Notes under the pieces: model-generated
Told to the model about the DNA's origin: nothing
Seen by the model: the letters and a program-made list of their open reading frames with translations, nothing else
The model's database searches: none
Position numbers and translations under genes: made by a program
Assembly: GCF_009914755.1 (NCBI RefSeq)
Contig: NC_060935.1
DNA length: 64,000 nt
Strand: one strand, 5' to 3'
Source of the DNA: the human T2T-CHM13v2.0 reference genome, Homo sapiens
Shown here: in pieces, positions 42,905-56,330 of the stretch
Numbering within the stretch: the stretch's first letter is position 1
How the letters are laid out: the number at the start of each line of letters is the position of its first letter

Positions 42905-45560
42905 ACACAAACAGCTTCATTGAGATATAATTTACATATCATACAATTCGCCCATTTAAATTATGTTCTACAATATTTTGTGGTATATTCATAGTCTTGC
43001 ACAAGCACAATATAATTTTAGAACACTTTAATTTTTCAAACAAGAAGTCCTGTATCCATTAATCATCACTTTCCATTCTCCCCACCCCAACCCCGGTCCT
43101 AGGCCACTGATGATCCTCTTTCATTATAGATTTGCCTAACCTGGACATACCATACAAATAAAGTCATAAAATATGTGATCTTCTTCAATTTATCATGTTT
43201 TTAAGATCCATCCATATTTTAGCATATGTTAATATTTCATTCACTTTTTATAGCCAGGTAATATTCCATTTCTGGATTCACATTTATCCACTCATCAGTT
43301 GATGGACAATTGGATTATTTCCACTTTTTAAACTATTGTGACTAATGCTGCTATGAAAATTTGTATACAAATTTGTGTAGATTATGTTTTCATCTGTCTT
43401 GGGCATATACCTAAGAATGGAAATTCTGGGTAATATGGTCACTCTATGTTTAACCTTTTGAGGAATCACAAAACTCTTGTCTAAAATGACTTCATCATTT
43501 TATATTTCCATCAATAACATATGGGCATTCTACTTTCTCAGCATTCTTGCTAATATTTTTTATGATCAGTCTCTTTGATTATAACCATTCTAATGGATAT
43601 GAAGTGGTATCTCATTATAATTTTGATTTGCATTTCCTTAATGCTTGATGATGAGCAGTTTTTTCATGTGCTTATTGATAATTTTTATATTTTCTTTGGA
43701 AAAATATCTATTCAAACAGTTTACACTTTTTTTTTTATTTGGGTCACTTGTCTTTTTAAGATTGAATTGTCCAAATTTTTTATATATTCTTGATGAAATC
43801 CCCCATTAGATGTACAATTTTCAACTATTTTCCCTGAGTTTAAGTTGTCTATTTATTCTCTTGATGGTATTGTTTTTAGTTCAATAGTCTCTAATTTTGA
43901 TGTAGTTCCAATTCATCTCTCTCTTTTTTTGTTTTTGGCACTATTGGTGTCGTAAGTAAGAAACTATTGCTTAATCCAAGATCATGAAGATTTATGTTTT
44001 CTTTGAATAATTTTAAGGTTTTAAGTCTTACTTTTAAGTTATTTATCTGTTTTTGAGTTAATGTTTGTTTATGGTGTTAGGTAGGGGATCCTAAATTCAT
44101 TATTTTGCATGTGGATATTCAGTCATTCTAACACAATTTGTTAAAATAACCATTCTAACGAATTTTCTTGGCACCCTTGTTGAAAATCAGTTAGTCATAT
44201 GAAATGGGAGAATTCCCTGACCCCCATCGCAGAATGTGCAACAGGGGTGTGGCTTATCTGTTTGGCCGCCACTTGCTCAGACCCCTTACAGGAGGGGAAC
44301 ATGCAGATGGGCAGATACAGGAGCTGGGAAGAGCACTTTTGGGCTCCATCCCCACAGTAGCATCTAGAAGTGGGTGCCCGTGACTCCTGAAGTCCCAGTG
44401 GGCATGTTACAGTGCTCTTTTATCTCTGCCATCTGCAGACGGCTTAAGTGTTAACCGGCTCAGTGCCCTCTTGGTACCCGGGTTCTTGTCTGGCATCCAG
44501 GAGGAATCAGGTCACACGGACAAATTAAAGGATGGCAAATGCCAGGCATTTTATTGCCAGATGGAAGTGGCTCTCAGCAGGATGGATGGGGAGCTAGAAA
44601 GAGGATGGAGTGGCAAGATGATCTTTCCCTGGAGTTTGGCCATCCCGCGGCTGATTTCCTCCCTGACTGTCCCCAGCCAAACTCCTCTCGACATTCAGAC
44701 GCTCCTTCTCTGCCTCACTGCTCTGCTACTCTGCAGCTCTTCTGTTCCTCTGCTCTTCTGCTCATGGAGCCTGGGGCTTGGAGTTTATATGGGTACAGGG
44801 TAAGGGGGTGTGGTGGGCCAAAAGCCAACGTTTAGGCACAAAACCAAAATTGCCTGTTCCCTTTTAGGGCCATGGGTTTCCAGGCTTAAGGGTGGGGACT
44901 TTGCAGGGGAACCACCTTCTTCCACCCAGTATTTCCCTGTCTCCTGTCCATATCACATACATGTAAGGCTTTATTTCTTGATTCCTAATTCTAATCCAGT
45001 ACCCTATTTGCACATTCTTATACCACAGTGTCTTGATTGTGTTAGCTTTGTGGTGAGTTCCAAAATCATGAAATGTGGCTTCCTCCAACTGTTTACTTCT
45101 CTTTCAAGATTCTTTTGGTTATTCTGGGTCCTTTGCATTTACCTAGGAATTTTAGGATCAGATTGTCAATTTCTGCAGAAAAAAAAAAAACTAAAAAACC
45201 CAACTGGGATTTCACCAGGGATTGTGTTAAATCTGCAGGTTAATTTAAGTAGTATTGACATCTTAACAACAGTAAATCTTCTGATCAATCACCATGGGAT
45301 ATCTTTTCATTTATTTAGATCTTTTTAAAATTCCCCCAATAATATTTTGTAGCTTTCAGTATATGTCTTATACTTTTGTTAAACTTATACCTAAGTATGT
45401 TATTCTTTTTGATGCTATTTCAAATATAATTATTTTCTTAATTTCATTACAGAATGTTCATTTCATTGCCAATGTAGAGAAATACAATTGATCTTTGTAT
45501 ATTGATCATGTATTCTACAGCCTTGCTTAACTCCTTTATTGGTTGTAATTATTGTTTTTG
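42905..45560 (-). mobile_element. L1MB7/8-like 3' portion, interrupted by an LTR
   Basis: 3' end 'acagcttcattgagatataatttacatatcatacaattcgcccatttaaa'; antisense ORF2 motifs ('gtggtatctcatt', 'ttgcatgtggatattcag'). Confidence 0.85.
44200..44955 (-). mobile_element. ERV1 solo LTR (LTR1-like)
   Basis: TG...CA termini; reverse complement begins TGATATGGACAGGAGACAGGGAAATACTGGG; TATAAA box on minus; 4-bp TSD CATA at 44196-44199 and 44956-44959; L1 resumes on both sides. Confidence 0.8.
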
Positions 45561-45589
45561 TTTATTTCTTAGTATTATGTATTTATCAT

Positions 45590-46197
<608 letters not shown>

Positions 46198-49100
46198 AGA
46201 ATTGCTCCAGTATACTTCGGGCGATTTTAGAAGACAGGAGGTTCTTCAAGTTGACCAAAGGTGTGATAGTATATGTGGAAGCAAGCAACATGTGTTTATT
46301 TGGACTTTAAGAAAAACAACTTTGCTGAAAAGAAGACTGCATATTTGAAAAGATCCTATAGAGAAAGAAAGAATGAGGACAGATAAAATATTCAGAGGAT
46401 ATTAGTTTAGTATAGCAGGGAATAAGCAGCCTTGATGGTTGGCAATAGTGTTCAGGAATCTGGAGACTGATTTTTGTTGTTGTTGTTGTTGCTTCATTGG
46501 TTTGGTTTCTGACCCCTGAATCAAGTAGAGTTAAATGGCCTCAGAGTTATCTTGTCATCCATTAACCCAAGTTTAAGGCGCTTATACATATATGTAGGTG
46601 TTCAGCCCACGCTGTATCTTAACTGGCTTTAGAACTTGACTTGGTAAGTGATGGAGGCCCCAGGAGTAACCCATGTGCTGTAAGGACATCCCTCTGGGCC
46701 TCTGACAGTTATGGATTCATATTATGTTAAGGCACAGGGTAGTTAATTCAATTCTAAAAATAAGCAAATACTTTAAAAGGAGTTCAAAGAAGTATAAAGC
46801 TATATAATAAGGGGCATTCAAACCTGTAGTTCCTCCCCAAAGGAAAAAACAAACTCAGAACTGTCAATAAAATGAAAAAAGCAGACACTTTAATGAGAGA
46901 AAAACACACTACCATCTTTAAAGAAACGAAATCCCATTATATTCCCTGTAGGGCTATAGAGATCAAATCGCCTGATGTTGTCCAGCTCTGTGGATTTGAT
47001 CTGGAGCTTCAAAGCTTTGAAAATACTCATTCCTCCTTCTGTGGCATAGTCAGGCCTTAACCCATCAAGATGTATGAAGTCTCCAGAGAGGCACTGAGAC
47101 GGATAGTGAGAGAGTGGACAAGACTGTGTTTTTCAGCTTCTTCCACACTGAAGATGTAGGAAGGGGTAGATTTGTGGCAGCCAATCCACCAAACAGGAAA
47201 ACCCAACCTTTCTTACTGATAAAGGGGATGTCTGATAACCCACATTCTGAACATCCATAGTCTCTCATTCCACTTCTATTTATCCACTTTTAAACTGACT
47301 ATTTTATCAGGTAAGAGAGGTCATACTCAAGGGGTCTGACTATTGATCTTATATTTCTATTTGTGTATGAGTAGTCAGGTAGCCTAAGGCTATGCATTAT
47401 TCCTTAATGTGTTGACAGCAAATTGTACCTATCTGCGGGGAATGGGCTATGTCTACAAACTAAGGTAGTGGGCAGATGAAGGCACTTACATTTTCTTGAG
47501 TAGTTTCCCATCCTTACTTGGTGACAACAAACAAGATCGACAATGGGTATGTTCCTACAACATATGATAGGTATGGAGAGCAATATGTCCAATGGAGTGT
47601 TCTTGAAAAAAATTTCCCTCTAAAACTAGCACACTCTTAGATTTTTCCCTTGCGTTCATGTTTTCGATCTTCCTCTCGTTGGTCTCTGGTACGTATTTAG
47701 CCCAGTCACACTCAGAAAGATGGAGACGGGACTTTCATTTTTAATCCCTCTATGGTTTTAACTGTTTTCTGTTTTTGTTTTTACTGAACTGGATATAGTA
47801 AAAAAAAAAAAAAAAAAAAGAAATAAAGGTAATTTCTTAAAGCTTTTATTTTTCTGCAGAAGCAAAGATTGCTTTGCTAACCTAGAGACCTAGGAGACTC
47901 ACAAAATCAAATTATATCTTTCTCAGCTCCTCTGGGTCCCTTTAATTTAGGTAGAGGCAGTGGGTATAATCCCTAATATATACATTATAGGCTAAAGGTA
48001 TAAACTAGTACTATGGAATAGCGGCACACCACTGGGTTTTGAGTCAGAATTTCAGCATTGTTTGCTACTTTCACTTAAATAATCTAAATTTCAGTAACTC
48101 AAAATAAAAATGAGGCAACTGATACATATTTCAAAGATGTGTTCTGGTAAGAATAAAAGATGATGTGGATCAAAAGGCTGGTAAACTAAGAATAACTACA
48201 AAATCTATGTTGTGAATAATTTCTGAGGAAGAATTGTAACTTTGTATGAAACCTAATTTATCTTCCTCATGTAAAATGTGCAGTGGGGCTCCCAGGTAGG
48301 CAGCAGTTACCATGTGAAAGTAAATGACGTGTTTTTTTGCTAGTCCTCAGCATTGTTTTTATGCATCCTTTGACTCCCATGGAAGCTAGGATAGCAATGT
48401 CCTGACGAGGACATTCTGAACCATGCATGCACTTAGGGCTCAAGTGTAGGCTTGAGAAAATTTTGGGCCCCTATTGGGAATTCAGGGCCTCTGTGAGGAA
48501 ATCTATTATGGAGAAATGAGTCAGGCAAAATAGATGGACTTGAAAGCCAGGCAGAAGAATAAAATAGTGAAATGTTTCAAATCACAATGTGGTGACTTTT
48601 GTTAAATTCCACCCAGACTCAGCCCTCCTTGTGTTCTGTGTGTGCCTTAGGGAATGAACAGCTTTGTACCTGATAAGTGTAAATCTCAGGGCCCAAGCAA
48701 ATCTACTGAAGTGTCTCTCTCTAAAGGCAAAATAGAGGAAAGAAAGTTGGCTTCTAAATTGAGGGTCAGGGGTGGGAAGAGGAACAGTAGCCTGAATTGG
48801 CAGCAGTGGGAGCCCTGGGACAGCCCTACAACACTCTGCCTGATGGCCATCAAACCACCATAGTGAGGACAGAGGTTCACCAGAGAATGCTGTCTAAGTC
48901 AGGCCATTCCCATTGTGTACTTAGTAGCCTCAAGAAAGCTGTGGTTACAGCCTGCGAGATATTAGTACCAAGATAGACAGAGGTCCCTGGAGAGATTAAA
49001 AGCTTAGAAGTTGGTGGCAACATGACAACAGCAGCTTATGCCAAACAGAAAACAGTGGGCTGTAGTAGGCAACGGAAGAAACGTGGGCCCTGGCCAAGAA

Positions 49101-50787
49101 AGTCTCCGGAGAATAGTTCTGAGCATGGTGACAAATGAAGCAGACACTCAAGAAAAGATTCATGATTCATACTCAGAACAGAATGGAAAACCGGGTCTTA
49201 GCCTAGACAGATAGGACTTCAGAGCACAGATGAGACATCTATAGAAGACTGACTGTATATTAGCAGGGCGGAGCCTCAAAAGTAAGCATTCAGGTCATCC
49301 AGGTGACATAACATTACACAGATCATTAAACTCAGCCCCACCAATATGTACTGTGCACCATTTATGTAAAGTCACTGTGTAAACAGATTCAGATAAAGAA
49401 AATCATGTAAAGTAATCTCTTTCTTCTCTTAGAAAGAAAACTCCTGAGTTCTCAGACCTACCTATCTCAGATGCTGTTTCATCTCATTGAGTGGAACAGT
49501 ACCCAGTAGACAGTAAGTACTCAATACGTATTTATGGAATGAATAACTAAATGACCAGATGAAATCACAAGGCAATGTAGTAAATAAAACAATGTGAAGA
49601 GGAAATAGGTAGGAGAGAAGAATGTCTATTGAGAAAACGGAAGGTGTCAGAGAAGCTTTGCAGAAGAGATAATGAGTAAATCATTTTATTTTTAAATAAT
49701 AATTCGTTAGATAAATCAGTACCAGGGCAGGAGCTAAAAAAATAGAGCATTTTATGTGCATGGAATAATGTTTATTAAGGTATACGTTTAAAGAATTACT
49801 AGAGAAATTACCTAAGATCTTACTCATTAAAGAACTATTGATTATTATACCCCCTGAAATAATGGCTGCCAACAGAAATCCTTGGGTAACTATTTATTTG
49901 TTGGCAATTCACTAGGATGAGAAAAGCCCATGGAATTCGTTAATAAGATTGATTTATTTGTCCAGAGCACTCATTTTAATTCTTTCAATTTCCTGGATGA
50001 ACCCCTTCAGGGAAAGAAAATGGTTTTTACAGGTCCACTGAAAATTGCCTTGAAGTTTGAAAAGAAGGCCAAGGTGTCTAAACATCCAGTCCTGGCTCTT
50101 CAGATTTTTGTCAAATCCTCTTGTGCATCAAGTTATGCATGTGATTTTCTACAGTCTAGATGTAAATTATGAGGACTGCCTTTCCAAGAAGGCTTTTCTT
50201 CTTAAAAGGATTCGGGGACATTAATCACCCTGTCTTATAAGGTACCATGATTGATGTGGTTGGTCCTCTGGCATGCAAGATTATTAGCATGGACATTCCT
50301 GTTCACCTTTCTTGATGTCATACAGACTTATTTTTCTGGAAAACCCAAGTTAATACAGATTATATCCCGCTCCCGAGTACAACCACTGCTACTGACAAAG
50401 AAAGAAAGTTCAAGCTTTGCTAATGTCATTGTCAAATTCGATTTGATTTATTTAGAAAGGCAGTTGAGCTGGAGAGATGGCCTAAGTTAAAATTGGGGAA
50501 TTAGCTTGTTATTGTAGCTTCTCTAGACAATTATTTTTTTCTGCCTTATGTATGTAAGTATAGACCAACATTGTCTCTCAGTTTTCAACTTTGGAAACTG
50601 AGAATAGAAAAACCTTAATTATAACCAATCATGCGAAGTTAAAATCAAAGCCAAGACATGTAGCCAAAGAGTGGACCGCAAAGATAATGTTTAATCATGT
50701 CTGAGACTCAGTTTGATCTCGATGAAAGTAGAGAGGTAGAAGGAAGAGAGCGTTTTAACTTACTGCTTTAAAATTCTGGGTGGAACT

Positions 50788-51101
50788 GGCTGGGCTGCAT
50801 GCCTGTAATCTCAGCACTTTGGGAGGCAGAGGCAGGTGGATCACCCAAGGTCAGGAGTTTGAGACCAGCCTGGCCAACATGACAAAACCCCGTCTTTACT
50901 AAAAATACAAAAATTTTCCAGGCGTAGTAGCACGTGCCTGTAATCACAGCTACTTGGGAGGCTGAGGCAGGAGAATCGCTTGAACCTGAGAGGTAGAGGT
51001 TGCAGTGAACCAAGATCATGCCGGTTGCAGTGAGCTGAGATTGTGCCATTGCACTCCAGCATGGGCAACAGAACGAGACTCTGTCTCAAAAACAAGCAAA
51101 C
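50788..51101 (+). mobile_element. AluS (Sx-like) with 25-bp internal tandem duplication
   Basis: TSD AAAATTCTGGGTG(G/A)AACT at 50770-50787 and 51102-51119. Confidence 0.9.
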
Positions 51102-51461
51102 AAAATTCTGGGTGAAACTATGTACTCAACAGCACCATGTACCAAAACATAACCCAATCTGGGGACTTGTGGAGATGAATGCTCGGGAATTTCTGTGATG
51201 ATTTTTAAATCCTTTTTGTTGTCTTCAAGATATTAAAGATTATCAAAGATTATTTCTTCTGTAAATTATTCATAGTCATACCACAAAATGTGTTAATAAT
51301 GACTAAAATTCATTAGGATTCACTGGCTCATGAAAACAAAGGAGATCCATTAACAATGATTAAAAATTTTCATTACCATCTACAAAACAACCCAATCACT
51401 TGAAACAATCTCTCCTGGCCAAAGTCTTTCCCACTTATTACTTGGAGGCCATGGGGGTACT

Positions 51462-52503
51462 TGTATGGCAGACATACCTGACAGCAATATCTTAAGCATA
51501 ACCTGAGAATGACCCTACAATCTAAGAAGAGCGTGTTGTTGGTTCCTAGCTAAGGAATCTAGGGGTGGCCAGCCTGAAGATTCATTCCTTATCTATGAGA
51601 AACATCTGAATGCCCAGCCCATCCCATGGAATGTAAGCCACACGGGTTGGAGTCCCTTTGTTTTGGGATGGTTGCCAGGTGGAGGTTGCTAGGGGGAGGG
51701 TGCTAAGTGAAAATGCTATATAACTGAATTTTTTTAATGATATTAATACTTTATTGTTTAAATATGTTTTTATTTTTTTATTATTATTATACTTTAAGTT
51801 CTAGGGTACATGTGCACAACATGCAGGTTTGCTACATAGGTGTACATATGCCATGTTGTTTTGCTGTACCCATCAACTCATCTTTTACATTAGGTATTTC
51901 TCCTAATGCTATCCCTCCTCCAGCCCCCAACCCCCCAGCAGGCCCCAGTGTGGTGTGTGATGTTCCCCTCCCTGTGTCCATGTGTTCTTATTGTTTAACT
52001 CCCACTTATGAGTGAGAACGTGCAGTGTTTAGTTTTCTGTCCTTGTGATATTTTGCTGAGAATGATGGTTTCCAGCTTCATCCATGTCCCTGCAAAGGAC
52101 ATGAACTCATCCTTTTTTTGTGGCTGCATATTATTCCATGGTGTATATGTGCCACATTTTCTTTATCCAGTCTATCATTGATGGACATTTGTGTTGGTTC
52201 CAAGTCTTTGCTATTGTGAATAGTGCTGCAATAAACATACGTGTGCATGTGTCTTTATAGTAGTATGATTTACAAATCTTTGGGTATATACCCAGTAATG
52301 GGATGGCTCGGTCAAATGGTATTTCTAGTTCTATGTTTTTTATAAGGGATTGTGGTTTTCCTATCCAGCCCACTGCCAGTGGATTGCCTTATATGTAAGT
52401 CACCTCAATAAACCTTTGTCTTGTTCACTGGCTCTGGGTCTCTTTTTTGGCCTCTCGAATATGGTCCCATCTCTACAGAAGTCAGTAGTGGTGCTGCACA
52501 ACA
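51462..52503 (+). mobile_element. LTR47-like (ERVL) solo LTR, interrupted by an L1 3' end
   Basis: TG...CA termini; 'ctgagaatgaccct', TATA box at ~51716, AATAAA at ~52407; 5-bp TSD GTACT at 51457-51461 and 52504-52508. Confidence 0.8.
51767..52333 (-). mobile_element. L1PA7-like 3' fragment
   Basis: ORF2 C-terminus ([15 protein letters not shown]...[15 protein letters not shown]) plus 3' UTR and T-rich tail. Confidence 0.9.
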
Positions 52504-52768
52504 GTACTTCACACCTCTTCACCAAGAGCCCTATGGTATTTTCCCTCCAGCTTTCTCCAGTGTCACATTGACTTAAGTAACCCCTTTATAACCAGGAAAT
52601 CCTATTTAAGAAGAAGATTAAGACCTATCCATGTTTTTATGTGGTAAGATTATATCAATTAAAAAATGACAATGAAGAGATTTTAATAGTGTCTGTAAGC
52701 CTTTGCGAGAACTTTTGTTTTTACTTTTTAATTTCTTCTCTTTTTTTTTTTGTTTTTTATTGTTTGTT

Positions 52769-52773
52769 TGTGT

Positions 52774-52809
<36 letters not shown>
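52769..52809. repeat. (TG)n microsatellite
   Basis: About 20 TG units with one interruption. Confidence 0.95.
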
Positions 52810-52811
<2 letters not shown>

Positions 52812-55049
52812 TTTGTTTGGTTTTGTTTTTACCATGAAGGCCCTTAGGGTTTTCTATGACACTACCAAGTACTCTAAGATAATATTGGCTGTCACCCTCT
52901 GAAGAGGCAACCTAGTGCATCGTACGGAGATGGGGAAGTCTTCTGCCAATTCAAAGGAGAGTGATCATGGGTAGGAACTGTGCCAAGGATTTACATATTT
53001 TTTCATGTAAAGATTAGAGCTTAAAAAGAAGCCTGCCATCCCTAGTTAATTCTGTCTCTCATATTTTCTCTTGTTCTCACACTAACTTATTTGTGTGCAC
53101 ATACAGACACCCATGGATAGACACACAGGAACACATGGTACCGGGTGAATAATAAGACAGTTTTCCATAATCCAAGCAAGAAAGCCAGGCTCATCACTTT
53201 ATAGGCTGTCCTTTTACTATGAAATTCTTTGTTCTCTATCCCACTAATGTTTTCTTTTTACTTCCTGCAATCTCTAGATCTCTAGCTTACTATTTTTTCT
53301 TCTAGGGTTTAAATTAGCCTTCTGAAAATCCCTAAGGTAGGAAAAAAGAAACCTCCTCAGGAGAAAAAGTGAGGACCTTGTATCCCTAAACTTTGATGAA
53401 AACTCTGCTTCCCAGGCAGCAGTGCCAGGCTTACAAACAAGCTATAAAACCAAGGGATGCACCGGAGACAGAACTGTCTGTCCCCATCCCCACCTCCCCA
53501 TGCCTGGCTACATATTTCTAACCAGGTTTCACTGCCAAAACAATGCTCCTTGGGCATCTGAGTAGGAAATGGAAATGTCACTTAGAGGTTAAAGACAGCA
53601 GGGATTAACAACTGTTAGATATTTAGTGGCAAGGTCAGCATTTGTGCACCACAGAGATGGGTATGAGGAGAAAGGAGTAGGGAGTGGGGGTAGCAGTGAA
53701 ATCTGCCCAGTTAATTCATCTCCCCTGACTGGCATATTGTTCTCATGGAAACCTACATTACTGGCACCATTTTCTCTGAATCCACAATCAAATAAGAAGG
53801 AAAGCAGTAAATGATCGGTATTCCTATTTTACTGGTTTAAATTATTTTAATATGACTTACATTATTTTACTGTCAATTATTATTGCTAATAGATTTTAAA
53901 TTATATTGCTAAATTATTATTGTTTATTTAAGGAAAAAAATGGCATGATGCCTTTTCTGCAAGAAGGGTGGAGAGCCTCCGGCAAGCACCATTCAAATCT
54001 AATTTATACATTTGTGGAAGGATGAAGCCAAGACTCTCCTCAGGCCATTGACCTAAACTGGATTTCAGAGATGAGAATCTCACTTGTATAATTCAAAAGG
54101 CAATCTGTGTGCTGTTACAGCTTTAATTTTTTAAAGATTTGGCTTTTTACAAGAAACTCTTTACCTTCTACTTTGTCTTCTGTGTCTCAGCTTCTTTCTT
54201 CCTTGTCCCAGAACATGTGTCTATTTATACCGCCCCACTCTGGCATGAAGGTACACTCAAAAAGACTGTAACCCAGATAATAATTGTTGGTTGCAGATTT
54301 TTCAATTATGACTTCACTTATTTCTCTAAGGAGTACTTAGGACTCTTCTTGGCTGCTGTTTGGTTCTTTCTGCAATCATTGCAGGCAAGAGGGTAAAATG
54401 GCAATGCATTAAATTTTTTTTAATAAAAATGGAGATGAAAGACAATCCCTGTAGACAATCCCTTCATTTCCAAAAGAGGATAGAGGGGTGAACTTATAAC
54501 AGCCAAAGAAAGCTCAGTAGTCAGGAAACTAATAGCCTGAGAGTAGGTGACACTGCCATTCAGATCCACAGAAAATAATAGAAAAGCATCTGCATCGATA
54601 AGAACTCCCAGGAATAAAAAAGGAAGTATGATTCTCCTATAGGATCCATTAAGAAACTTTTTGCTCCAAGTTACTGAGGCCCTTTCAGTAATCCTGATGA
54701 GCAACATGAAGGTGAAATGGCACAGGGAAAATGAAGTTATAACAAGTTAGAGAAAATGTCTACAAAATTCAAAATTTGCACATTTCATCTCATCTTAGTC
54801 ATGCTCCTACTGTGTGTTCTGGGAAAAAGGAAATTCTTCCTCTTTTGCAATGTTCACATCTTTAGAAAGGTATGTTAGGAAATTAGAAAATTTTAAATTG
54901 TCTTTCTCTCCACTATCACTATCCTCTCTACATTTTATTCACTTATTAACTTCCATTCCTTCTGCTTCTGTCTTGCTTTTATTTTTCCTAAGTCATCTTC
55001 CTTTGCAGACCAGAAAATCTGCAAAGGCAATAAAGGAAATAAAGGGATC

Positions 55050-55660
55050 ATCATTAGCACTGCTGGTAGAAAGAGTGAGCTCACAGGCTGCATGAAAGTC
55101 AGAGTTGATAACGATTTAATCAAGCTGAGAAAAACAAGTGAAGACTAGAATGCTAAATAATTATCTATAAATGTGAAGTCTTGCATATAGGTCAAAAATC
55201 AATTGAATCAGTAAAAGATAAAGAAAAAAAATCCTTGGCTAGCAGGAGGTGAAAATGATGTGGCAATGTTAGCTGATGTTAAATGTAATAGGAGTCATCA
55301 GTATGATGTGTCATCTATGTAAGATAGAACAGAGTCTAGAACAAGGGAGGTAAAATCTCATTTTGCTCCATGCTGGTCTGACTGTATCTAGAGTACTCGG
55401 TACATATTGTGAGCATCACACTTTAAGAAGACTCAGAGAGAAGAAGTGAGATTTTATAGAAGAGTAAATAGAATGGACACATGAAAGAGGGATGTTCTAT
55501 CTGATAATGAGAAGACATACCATTATGAGGAACAGCCAGAAGCCTGACAGCCGCCTTTTAGGTTTTCATTACTTCCAGAGCTGAAAAGCCAGCAAACTGG
55601 TGCTACTCTAAAGAGTAGAACTAAGGCCAGAGATGGGCAACTATAAATTTTAAAATGCTA
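55050..55660 (+). mobile_element. L3/CR1 LINE fragment
   Basis: 'ataaatgtgaagtcttgcatatagg', 'ctagaacaagggaggtaa...tgctggtctgactgtatctagagtac...cacactttaagaagac' resemble CR1 ORF2 3' region. Confidence 0.6.
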
Positions 55661-56199
55661 TTATTTAAATTATTTGGACCTTTGAACCTAATAATCCATG
55701 AGTCTTCGTTTTCCCTCTGTGTCTTTAGGGAAATAGGTTCATATATTATACCTCAGTTTTTCCATCATGGAAGTGAGAATCAATGAGCCAAATTTATGGG
55801 TTTTTAAAAAATGTATGCTTTGTAAAATATTTTGAAGTGAACACAATGGTTTGTATATGCCAAGAATTAATTAACACCAGACTCTGCAGTTCGCCTTAGG
55901 AAACTAGAGGGTTCTTAGGGTTCCAGGGATGTGGCTGGGAAGGCAGAAAGTAATGAGAACGTGCTCTCCACTCTTCAGGCATATTGCCACTTTTCAATTA
56001 TTTATGCAGTTTAATCCTATTGAAAAAGCACATTTTCCAAAGAACACCCTCAGGTTCTCTGCATGCTGGAGCTGGCAAAAAGTAATATGGGAAAAATGGG
56101 AGTGAGAGTTGTGCTTAAAGGAGCTCATCTGACCTTCCTCAAGACCCTTAGTATTAAAATAGGCAGTTTGCTTAGCTAATAATAACTATGCTCGGGATT

Positions 56200-56330
56200 T
56201 GTCACCTACAAAGAACTTTAATTAATCCTCATAACACCCTGATGGGCTGCAGAAGGTAAGTGTTATTATCTCCACTTCATATGAGAAAAACGCAGGCACA
56301 AACAGAGAAGGGAAATGGCTTACGGAGATA
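56200..56330 (-). mobile_element. MIR fragment
   Basis: 'ttaatcctcataacaccct...gttattatctccacttcatatgagaaaaacgcaggcac'. Confidence 0.55.

Noticed and set aside
44471-45328. Cluster of 74-172 aa ORFs
   Set aside because: They lie in a GC-richer solo LTR and antisense L1, with no gag/pol/env motifs.
50576-50603. 12-bp stem-loop TCTCAGTTTTCA/TGGAAACTGAGA
   Set aside because: Resembles the common MIR core word; too short to claim an RNA structure.
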